Source: Octopus vulgaris
Lineage: Eukaryota
DNA: 64,000 nt
Direction: 5' to 3'
Assembly (NCBI GenBank): GCA_951406725.2
Contig: OX597814.1
Coordinates: 9,300,001 to 9,364,000 of the forward strand
Shown: in pieces, positions 1 to 10,264 of the stretch
Position numbering within the stretch: the stretch's first letter is position 1
Layout: each line of letters starts with the position of its first letter
Notes under the pieces: generated by a model
What the model was told of the DNA's origin: nothing
Database searches by the model: none
The model's input: only the letters and a program-made list of their open reading frames with translations
Program-made: the position numbers and the translations under genes

Positions 1-51
1 ATTTGGTGAAGAATGGAGTTTGACGTAACTACTCTCACTTGCACCACATAC

Positions 52-210
52 ATCATCATCATCATCATCATCATCGTTTAACGTCCGTTCTCCATGCTAG
101 CATGGGTTGGACGGTTTGACCGGGGTTCTGGGAAGCCAGAAGGCTGCACCAGGCTCCAGTCTAATCTGGCAATGTTTCTACAGCTGGATGCCCTTCCTAA
201 CGCCAACCAC
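52..210 (-). mobile_element. 3' end of the abundant (GAT)n-tailed retroposon (RTE-linked 3' module)
   Basis: (CAT)n followed by gtttaacgtccg...ctggatgcccttcctaacgccaaccac. The same block recurs at 5158, 25820, 27975, 36720, 37257 and 40110. Confidence 0.8.
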
Positions 211-323
211 ATACATATATATATAAAGTTAATCCAAACAAGAAAACACAGAAAAAAACACAGCAACGCGAGGACGTGGAACAATTAAAGTATTATTTGA
301 CGCTCAGGAAAGATGGGAAGGAA

Positions 324-348
324 TACATACATACATACATACATACAT

Positions 349-379
<31 letters not shown>

Positions 380-748
380 CATACATCATAAATATATACA
401 TACATACATATATATATATACATACATACATATATATATACATACATACATATATATATACATGCATACATATATATATACATACATATTATTATATACA
501 TACATATATATATATATACATACATATATATATACATACATATATATATACATACATACATATATATATACATACATATATATATACATACATACATATA
601 TATATACATACATACATATACATATATACATATATATATACATATACATATATATAAACACATATATACATATACATATATATACATATATATACATATA
701 CATATATATATATATATATATATACACATACATACATATGTATGTATA
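324..748. repeat. (TA)n/(TACA)n microsatellite
   Basis: Direct inspection; source of the spurious I/Y/H/T ORFs. Confidence 0.95.
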
Positions 749-1452
749 TTGAGGTGAATTCAATATCTCTGGAGCATTGTCAACAACAACAATTTACGGT
801 GTCATATGAAATTGTCCCCGTTATTTATGACATATTTTATATCAGTTACGTTCGTATGAATAAAAGATTATCGTTATTAAACTTTTATTAATAAACTTAT
901 ATTCTAAGTTCACCACATGTGCAGTTTTAATTTTCCCCTGTTGCACAGATACACATATTACATATATATTTGTTTGAGAAATATATTGGATTTATTTACA
1001 TTTCTGAAGAAAAAAAGATACCCTTCCCCCCACCCCTAACCCTAAAACAGATTGAAATGCAATAGATCGATACTAGGGTCATAATTATTGGTGGACAAAT
1101 AGGGAACGGTTTTGTTATCCAGCTCTGTTTACGAGTGACCCCCTCAGTTTATGGCCACAGGGTATTTTTTTTCTCATAAATAACAGGGACAATTTTATAT
1201 GACACCGGAAATAATTGTTGTTGACACAATACGGAAGAAATCGTTTTCACCTCAATAGACGTCATTGATTGGTTGAAATTGCCGAAATGCAAGAAATTAA
1301 ACAAGAAATAGCTTACAAAATACAGAATTTTCTCAAGAAAGCCAAGAGAAAAAGATGTTTTATGCGACACATTCTACCAGTATACGAAGTTTAAAAGTGT
1401 TTAGTTACGAAGAAATTATTTTTAAAATCTGCCGGTCAAAGCGAAAAGATCC
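745..1452 (-). mobile_element. Non-autonomous DNA transposon (GGATC-terminus family), composite copy
   Basis: Ends ...gccggtcaaagcgaaaagatcc, the reverse complement of the terminus at 18801. Internal blocks are shared with 17880-18281 and 18801-19320. Confidence 0.6.
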
Positions 1453-1491
1453 CAGATACCAAAGTTAAAGAAGGCAAGTAATAAAGGACGT

Positions 1492-1659
1492 TACCGTATA
1501 CATTTTTACAAACCAAGGATTTGATATAGACCTCCTTGACTCAAGTTAAGAGAAGGGGTGCGAGTTATACACAAGGTTTCATTTTTCAGAGGTACAGCCC
1601 CCTAAAAATCCCCTGTGTATTATACTGAAGGGTGGACTATACACGAGGATTTACGGTAC
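1492..1659. mobile_element. Tc1/pogo-like MITE remnant
   Basis: Termini taccgtat... and ...atttacggta. Confidence 0.4.
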
Positions 1660-1957
1660 ATAGTGTGTGACTGACTGAGAGAGAGAGAGAGAGAGGGAGA
1701 GGTGTGTTGCAAGAGAGAGGATGTGTTTGACAGAGAGAAAGGGGGAGAGAGTGATAACGTGAATTTTTTTCCGAGAAAAACTAAATAAAAAAAAAAGGAA
1801 AATTTACTCATTCAGTCTCTCTTTCTCTCTCTCTCTCACACACACACAGCAACAGAAACCTGTCTGTCTGTCTGTCTCTTCGTCAATCATTCACACACTA
1901 AAAAAAGCTTCGAGAAAACATAGATAAAATGTATGCTGTCACAAACACAAACTTTGT

Positions 1958-2195
1958 TAAGGCGGCGAGCTGGCAGAACCGTTAGCACGCCGGGCGAAAT
2001 GCGTAGCCGTATTTCGTCTGCCGTTACGTTCTGAGTTCAAATTCCGCCGAGGTCGACTTTGCCTTTCATCCTTTCGATAAATTAAATTTCGGGGTCGATA
2101 AATTAAGTACCAGTTACGCACTGGGGTCGATGTAATCGACTTAATCCGCTTGTTTGTCCCCTCTGTGTTTAGCCCCTTGTGGGTTGTAAAGAATT
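1958..2195 (+). mobile_element. tRNA-derived SINE with Nin-like central domain
   Basis: Head ggcgagctggcagaaccgttagcacg, B-box gagttcaaattcc, body gactttgcctttcatcctttcggggtcgataaattaagtaccag. Related copies at 4953-5150 and 31140-31365. Confidence 0.8.
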
Positions 2196-2329
2196 CAACA
2201 CACACTTTGTTCACCTCCTCCCCCATCAACACATACTTCCATGTTCATTTCCTTTCACTTTTTGTGAAAATGTCCATTTCCACCCATAAAAATAAATAAA
2301 TATAAATTTTTTTACGGAAATTAACGAAC

Positions 2330-2670
2330 GCAGGAGTAAGTAGCGCGCCTACTAACCACATGGTTCCGGGTTCAGTCCCACTACAGCCTCGGACCGACCA
2401 AAGCCGTGTGAGTGGATTTGGTAGACGGAAACTGAAAGAAACCCGCGGTATATATGTATATGTTTGTGTGTCTATGTTTGTCCCCCTCTCCAACATCGCT
2501 TCATAACCGATGCTGGTGTGTTTACGTCCCCGTAACCTAGCGGTTCCGCGAAAGAAACCGATAGAATAAGTACTAGGCTTACAAAGAATAAGTCCTGGGA
2601 TCGATTTGCTCGACTACAGGCGGTGCTCCAGCATGGCCGCAGTCAAATGACTGAAACAAGTAAAAGAGAA
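2330..2670 (+). mobile_element. tRNA-derived CORE-like SINE
   Basis: ggttccgggttcagtcccact head and tail ggtgctccagcatggccgcagtcaaatgactgaaacaagtaaaagag. Related copies at 4505-4710(-), 5663-5955(+), 5960-6095(-), 31520-31900(-). Confidence 0.8.
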
Positions 2671-2879
2671 CGCTGTACCTTAATAACTAATTGATTTTTG
2701 GGCGATCTTTCGTCTCTAGTAGACCTTTCCGTCGATTTCCGTGAAAAACTTCTTTTTTTTTACATATGGGCTTGCGAAAACTTTTGAAGTAATGAGAGCG
2801 AAAGAGACTAAGAGAAAGCGATTGTATGACGAGGGAAGTTCTTTTGAAGTTACCGTCCAGGGGAAGCATTGATGGACAT

Positions 2880-3315
2880 GTGTGTGTTTTATGGGGTGTG
2901 GGAGACAGACAGTATGTTGTGTAAGTGAAGTGCTTCTGTTAGTGTGTGTGAAGAGACAGAGTAATGTGTGAAAGAAAGAGATAACTGAAATTTTTTACTC
3001 GGTGTATGTGTATATGTATATTAAATAAAAAAAAGTTTGTCTATATCTTCGATCACTGTCATTATTCGATTGAGTCAACCTCATTATTTTCTACATAGCA
3101 GACCGTTACATAAACAGGCAGAGGTAATCTTTCGTTTTAACTCGAAATAATGTAAACACTGAATCGGCCATACATACACACACATACATGCATATACACA
3201 TACACCGAGTAAAAACTTTAAGTTATCTCTCTCTTTCACACATTACTCTGTCTCTTCACACAGAAGCACTTCACTTACACAACATACTGTCTGTCTCCCA
3301 CACCCCATCAAACAT
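2880..3315. repeat. Inverted repeat with arms of about 135 bp (foldback/MITE-like)
   Basis: 2880-3015 is the near reverse complement of 3190-3315. A partial copy lies at 16690-16900. Confidence 0.65.
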
Positions 3316-3540
3316 CGCTCCGAAAGATTGCCAATTAGGCGATGGTAACAACGGAGCCGCACGCACACACCTTCGAGCTTCGAGTCAAAATGAAAGATTG
3401 CACCTTTTTTTTTCTTTTTTTTCCTGTTACCTTAAATTTCGATGTAGTCGTAATTCTACCCCATCTGAAAAGCATTCCTGGAAAATTGCAATAGAAAAAT
3501 ATATACATTTTTTCTGAGAGCTAAGTGAAAACAACCCCCC

Positions 3541-3952
3541 ACCCTCCATCAGACACCTACCATATTCTGAGCGCCTTGTTTCCCTGGGCATGGATTCACT
3601 GAAGCTCCGGCGTCTGGCGATGGACTTGGTAAACACCCACAAAGTTATCAACCACCTCACCAACAACAACACTGAACACCTTTTTGATCTCCATGTGTCT
3701 AACACACGTGGACATGCCTACAAAGTCAGAAAACAACACAGCTCCCATGACTTTCGGAAACATTTTTTCACGCTCAGAGTTGCTGAAGCATGGAATAAAC
3801 TGCCTGCGTCAGTTGTTGACTGCCACGACACTGCATCCTTTAAGGCCCTCATGCTTTCCGAAATCCGCCGAAACTACACCTGATTATATATACACTTTAG
3901 ATGAGTTGTAGTGCACCTGAGCACTGTACACAATTATTATTATTATTATTAT
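3541..3952 (+). mobile_element. CR1-group LINE, 3' fragment with (ATT)n tail
   Basis: ORF ...HFFTLRVAEAWNKLPASVV..., nearly identical to the 3' end of 56721-58292. Confidence 0.9.
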
Positions 3953-4051
3953 AATGTACTGAATAGCATGGAAAGCCACTTTGTAAAGTATTTGTAAAGT
4001 AATTGAGAGATAGAGGATAAAGAAATTAAATTAGGAAGATACAATGTAAAA

Positions 4052-4350
4052 ACTTACCTCGTAACAACTCTAAGCAAAACTGTAATTTGAATATTTATTC
4101 CATGGTTTTTAGGCCGATAATTAGTTTAATAGCAGCTTTATATGACATCAATGTTTTTCCAAGAAAACTACCCTCCGTAACCCTTCTCTCATTCATACAA
4201 TTCACTCCTACGAAAAATTTGCAATAAAAGTTTATAACTTTTTACAACACACGACACGAAGGACACTTTACAAAAGAAAAAAACCTGCAATAGTTTTAAC
4301 AGGAAATACAGGCGAATGTAGGTTAGAGAAAATTTCACTTTCATTTTTGT
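4052..4350 (-). promoter_or_regulatory. Putative promoter and non-coding first exon of a minus-strand macrodomain paralogue
   Basis: Reverse complement is colinear with 16095-16380. Donor GAG|gtaagt at 4058/4057, TGAAAGTGAAA at 4333-4343, TTCTTGGAA at 4157-4165. Confidence 0.6.
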
Positions 4351-4707
4351 CGTTCACCTCGGTAAAATTTATCTGGTTCTGTTTTAAGCCACAATCCGTT
4401 AGTGTGTGCACAAGCGCGCGCACACTTTTTGACGTGTTTTTTTCTATTAACCTTCACACACGTACGTATATACATATAGTTTTTTTTACTTTCTATATAT
4501 ACCCTTTTATTCTCTTAATTGTCTCAGGCATTTGACTGTGGCCATGCTGGAGCACCGCCTTTTGTCGAGAAAATCGACCCCAGGGATTATTCTTTGTAAG
4601 CCTACTATTCGATTGGTTTCTTTTGTCGAACCGCTGCATACAGGACGTAAGCACACCAACATCGTTTGTGAAGCTATGGAGGGAGGACAAACACAGACAC
4701 ACAAACA

Positions 4708-4751
<44 letters not shown>

Positions 4752-4952
4752 GGAAGAATTCACAAAACAAAAACAAAAGACGAAGACAGGTGGTGTAGAT
4801 AACAAACAGTTGTATTAGTATAACAAATATATACGTGTATATATATATATATAGTATAACAAATATATACGTATATATATATATATATGCATATATATAT
4901 ATAAATATATATATATACGTATGTGTGTGTGTGTGCATATATATATATGTAT

Positions 4953-5150
4953 AAGGCGAGCTGGCGGGCGAAATGCGTAGCCATATTTTGTCTGCCGTTA
5001 CATTCTGGGTTCAAATTCCGTCGAGGTCGACTTTGCCTTTCAGCCTTTCGGGGTCGATAAATTAAGTATCAGTTACGTACTGGGGTCGATGTAATCGACT
5101 TAATCCCTTTGTCTGTCCTTGTTTAGCCCCTTGTGGGTAGTAAAGAAATA
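4953..5150 (+). mobile_element. Nin-like tRNA SINE
   Basis: Same family as 1958-2195. Confidence 0.75.
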
Positions 5151-5157
5151 TATATAT

Positions 5158-5650
5158 ATCATCATCATCATTTAACGTCCGCTTTCCATGCTAGCATGGG
5201 TTGGACGGTTCAACTGGGGTCTGGGAAGCCAGAAGGCTGCACCAGGCCAGTCAGATCTGGCAGTGTTTCTACAGCTGGATGCCCTTCCTAACGCCAACCA
5301 CTCCGAGAGTGTAGTGGGTGGTTTTATGTGCCACTGACACAGGTGCCAGACGAGGCTGGCGAACGGCCACGCTCGGATGGTGTTTTTTATGTGCCACCAA
5401 CATAGGTGCCAGACGAGGTTGGCGAACGGCCTCGCTCGGATGGTGTTTTTATGTGCCACCGACACAGGTGCCAGACGAGGCTGGCGAACGGCCACGATTG
5501 GATGGTGTTTGTTACGTGCCCACAGCACAGAGGCCAGTCGATGCAGTACTGGCTACGGCCACATTCGGATGGTTTTCTTATGTGCCACCGGCACCACAAA
5601 GATACAAATTCCATTGATGTTCATCGATTTTGATTTGGTTTGATTTTCAC
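5158..5650 (-). mobile_element. (GAT)n-tailed retroposon 3' module with internal ~62-bp tandem units
   Basis: Reverse complement matches 39660-40287. Confidence 0.8.
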
Positions 5651-6561
5651 ATATATATATATAGCTTGCTTACCAACCACATGGTTCCGGGATCAGTCCC
5701 ACTGCATGGCATCTTGGGCAAGTGTCTTCAACTATAGCCTCGGGCCGACCAAAGTGAATTTGGTAGACGGAAACTGAAAGAAGCCTGTCGTATATATGTA
5801 TATATGTATCTGTGTGTCTGTGTTTGTCCCTCCACCATCGCTTGACAACTGATGTTGGTGTGTTCACGTACCTGTAACTTAGTGGTTTGGCAAAAGAGAC
5901 CACAGCATGGCCACAGTCAAATGACTGAAATATAGGAAAAAAAGAAAGTAAAAGAATATATATACGACAGGCTTCTCTCAGTTTCCATCAACCAAATCCA
6001 CTCACAAGGCTTTGGTCAGCCTGAGGCTATATAATAGAAGACACTTGCCCAAGGTGCCATGCAGTGGGACTGAACCCAGAACCATGTGGTTGGTAATCTA
6101 GATCTGTTTTTCACATCAAGTCACCATTTTAGATGATCTGTTTGTATCATGGTTGTGGAGCCATCTAAATATGACTCTATTCAGAAGGACGTAATATCCT
6201 TTGATAGGAACACAGTAAAAAGAATACATAAAACAAATCTGTAACTTTAAATGCCTTTAATGTTGGCAACACGTATATATGCAAGCTGAATGATAAATGC
6301 AAATGGTTTGATACATAGGGGCCACGATCTGCCTCCTGTGCATTGCCTCCTGTGTGCTAGTCGCTATGTGTTGTGACAGAGAGCCAACTAGTTTATATCT
6401 TTATGGTCTGATGTCTTGATAAGAAAAGAGAAAGTTGCAAGGCCTCATGTCAGAATCTCACTGCTGCTTGCGCCATCTAGCTGAGCTTGTTTTAACCTGC
6501 TGTCGAGGGAGGTAACTGTGCCTACAGTAAGCAAGCTGCTTACCATAAAGACACTCCTGCA

Positions 6562-6598
<37 letters not shown>

Positions 6599-6677
6599 TA
6601 ATAAATATTAGGGAATAAATCCAAATTTACAGGGGAAAATCAGATTTAGGATTGAATCCAATTTTATAGTAAAATAT

Positions 6678-6815
6678 TATATAATATTAATTAGAGACAA
6701 AACCACTATTTTGCAAATCAAACAAAGAAAGACTTAATCCAATACATAAAAAATTTTTATGTATTGGATTAAGTCTTTCTTTGTTTGATTTGCAAAATAG
6801 TGGTTTTGTCTCTAA

Positions 6816-6853
<38 letters not shown>

Positions 6854-7004
6854 ATGAGGGTGTCTAAGAGACACCAACATGCCGAAATAGCAGTCGAAAC
6901 TCTGACTATAAAAACCACGTTAACCCTTAACGTGGTTTTTATAGTCAGAGTTTCGACTGCTATTTCGGCATGTTGGTATCTCTTAGACACCCTCATTTTT
7001 AATT
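6678..7004. repeat. Two adjacent near-perfect palindromes (6678-6828 and 6846-7004)
   Basis: Arms of about 70-78 bp with 0-3 bp spacers; one mismatch in the second. Confidence 0.9.
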
Positions 7005-7095
7005 GTTCAAAATTATTACCTTTGTACGGTATTTTTCCCATGCTGGCCACTAGATAATATGGATACTTAAATATCGATATTATCCTCATATATAA

Positions 7096-7126
<31 letters not shown>

Positions 7127-7129
<3 letters not shown>

Positions 7130-10100
7130 GGTTGGATCGTCGGCGACTAAACTGACAACCCCACCAGGCTCGCTTGGTGAGGAGGGTGCTGTTGGACACC
7201 CCGTGGGATGAAAAATAAGACCCATCAAAGCGCAGATGAACTCCTGAAGAGTCAACAGCCATCCAACAAAATGCCGGCCTGCCCGCCCAGCCAGTGGGAT
7301 GGCGTCATCTTATGGCTAAAACAGCACAAAGAATGAAGAGAAAAGAAAAAGGGCCTCAGTACCCTGCATGTCAATTGGGCCACTCCATGACTGTGGAGTG
7401 CAACCCAAGCGACAAGAGGCTGCTAAGAATCACAGGTTCCCAAGGGCCGTCATGGAACAGGACTAACCTTGCCATATGCATTTACAACTGCAGGTCCGTG
7501 GCAGGGTGGCAAGAACTGAACCACCTAATGGAGGAGAGGAAGAAGATCAGGTGCAACGTGTTAGGGCTGTGAAAGACACTCTGGAAGAAGGAAGCGAGTA
7601 TACGATGGCAAGATGGAAGCACTGTGAGATTAGGGAGAGCAGAAGGTACTAGATCGGTCGGAGGTATCGGATTCATCATAAGTAGAGAATGGGCTTCGGG
7701 GGTCGCTTCTTGCCAGTTCATATCATCACGGATTGGTGTACTGAATCTGAACTTTTCAGGGAAGGCCACCCTCAATAGACCTATGCTTCCACAAGTGCCA
7801 GCGACGACGACAAGGTGGAAGAATTCTATCGACAGCTAGACAAAGGGCTGGCTGTGAAGTCCACTTACACTGTCGTGATGGGAGACTTCAACGCAAAGGT
7901 TGGACATGGACAACAAGGGGAGGAGTACGTCAGGAGATTCGGCATAGGAGAGAGAAACAAGAGGGGAGAACATTTTGCTACCATGGCAGAGGCGAGGCGG
8001 CTCTACATCGGAAACAGCCTATTCAAGAAGAGGGAGAAGAAGAGATGGACCTGGATATCGCCGAACTCTAAGCACTGAAGTGAGATCAACTACATCCTGG
8101 TTGATAAGCGATGCATATTACATGACGTCTCCGTCGTGACGCCATTCAACACTGGCAGTGATCATCGTCTGGTGAGGGCGAGGGTCATCATAAACAGGAA
8201 GAGGGAGAAGATGGCGCTGTATTTGGCGTCGAAGGGAAAACTTGTCCGAGTCTACAACGAGGTAAAGCTGCAGGAAGCTATCATGCAGGAAAACTGGTGC
8301 CAAGGAGACGACATAGACGATGACTACAACTCACTACTGAGTGTTTCAGGAAGGCTAAAGGAGTATGTCTAAGAGAGAAGAAGGGAAGAATCTTGGAAGA
8401 AACTACGAAGTTACTCGAGAAGAGGAAACATATGAAGAGGACTATTGATGATCACCTTGAATATTCCCTTCTCAGCAGAGTGATTCGTCAGCAACTAAAG
8501 AAAGACTTTGAGGTATACCAGATAGAGAAGCTCTTGAAGGCCGCAGAGGAAAAGAAGAGCCTCAAGAAATGCAAGAGGAACATGGTACTATATAGATCGG
8601 AGGTGATGGCCCTGAAAAATACAGATGGAATACCAGTCAACGATAAGAGAGAGATGGAAAATGTTTGCGAAGACTTCTACATCAAGCTCTTTAAGTCTAC
8701 CAGAAATGTCCAGCCATTACCACCACTCCAACAGGAAGAAAATGTGCCACCTATCCTTGTCAGTGAGGCTGAAAGAGCTATCGGCTTGATGAAAAATGGA
8801 AAGGCGCCAGGGAAAGACGGTATAACATCGGAGGTGATAAAGTCAGGCAGAGAGCAGCTCTGGAAAATCCTCGCTGAGCGATTCACGCACTATCTAGATG
8901 AAGGAAGAACTCCCTCGCAGTGGAAAGAGTCAAATACCATCCTGCTGTATAAGAAGGGCGACAGAGAAGATCTAAAGAACTACCAACCCATTTGCCTGCT
9001 GTCTCACGTGTACAAGCTGTTCACAAAGGTAATTCTGAACAGGTTGTCACGTCATCTCGGGACAAACAACAACCGAGGGAGCAAGCCAGCTTCCAGAAGA
9101 ACCACAGCACAATGGACCATATATTTACTCTAACACAACTGCTTGAGTGAGCGAATGAGTACAAGCTGCCTCTTTGCGTTGCATTTGTAGACTATGAGAA
9201 GGCCTTCGACAGTGTCGAAACCAATGCAGTGCTGAACTCACTGCAGAGGCAAGGAGTTGAGGTGCAATATGCACCACCAACATAGCTCTGCTGTCATCAC
9301 CCGTAAAAGTGCTGGTCGAGAAGGGAGTGAAGCAAGGAGATACAATCTCTCCAAAACTTTTCACCGCATGTCTCGAGCTGATCATCAGAGGCATCGACTG
9401 GCAAGGTGGTGTCAACATCAATGGCGAGTTCCTCACCCACCTGTTTCGCTGACGACATCGTACTCATCGTTGAAACCATGGATCAGCTTCAGACCATGCT
9501 GACGGAGCTCGACATCAAAAGTTCTGCAGTAGCTCTCAAGATGAACCGCATGAAAATGAAGTTCATGCGATCAGACAACGTACCAACAGATCGAATGGTG
9601 ATCGGCAGTGATGAAATAGAGGAGGTGAGGGAATATGTCTACCTGGGACAGGAAGTGAATATGTGCCGAGATATCAAAAAGGAGATCTCACGGAGAGTAA
9701 GGGCTGGATGGAAGGCGTTCAATGGCATAAGGGATGTGCTGAAGGGAAGGTTGGACAGGACCACCCATGCCAACCTCATCAACAGCACAGTTTTTCCTGC
9801 AATGTTATATGGTAGTGAAACATGGGCTACCACAAAGAGAGAAGAGCAGAGACTGGTAACAGCTAAAAGAGCCATGGAAAGGGCAATGCTTGGAATCTCA
9901 TTGAGAGAGCATATCAGTAGCGAGGTCATCAGAAAGAAGTCCAGCGTGAGGGATGTCATCGCAGAGTATACATGCAGCAAGTTTAGATGGGCTGGACACG
10001 TCGCCCGGCTCACCGATAATCAGTGGACCCGCGCAGTTGTCGAGTGGTACCAACTCGAGCGGAAACGACCACCCGGAAGGCCTTCACAACAGTGGAGTTA

Positions 10101-10222
10101 CGATTTCAGGAGGACAATTGGGATCACGTGGATGAGAAAGGCACGATCCAGAGAGGAGTGGACAGCGTGCCGTGACCAGCAGTGTCAAATAGACGCCTGA
10201 CGGACTGGTCGGTCAAGGTGAT
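7127..10222 (+). mobile_element. RTE-clade LINE, near full length, frameshifted (APE endonuclease + reverse transcriptase)
   Basis: ORF fragments VVMGDFNAKVG, GSDHRLV, KAPGKDG, DYEKAFDSV, VKQGDTISP, FADDIVL, YGSETW. Flanked by (TA)n. Confidence 0.92.
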
Positions 10223-10264
10223 ATATATATATAAAGATATATAGATATATATATATATACACGC

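Noticed and set aside
1958-2050. tRNA gene
   Set aside because: Has A/B-box-like motifs but no cloverleaf; it is a SINE head.
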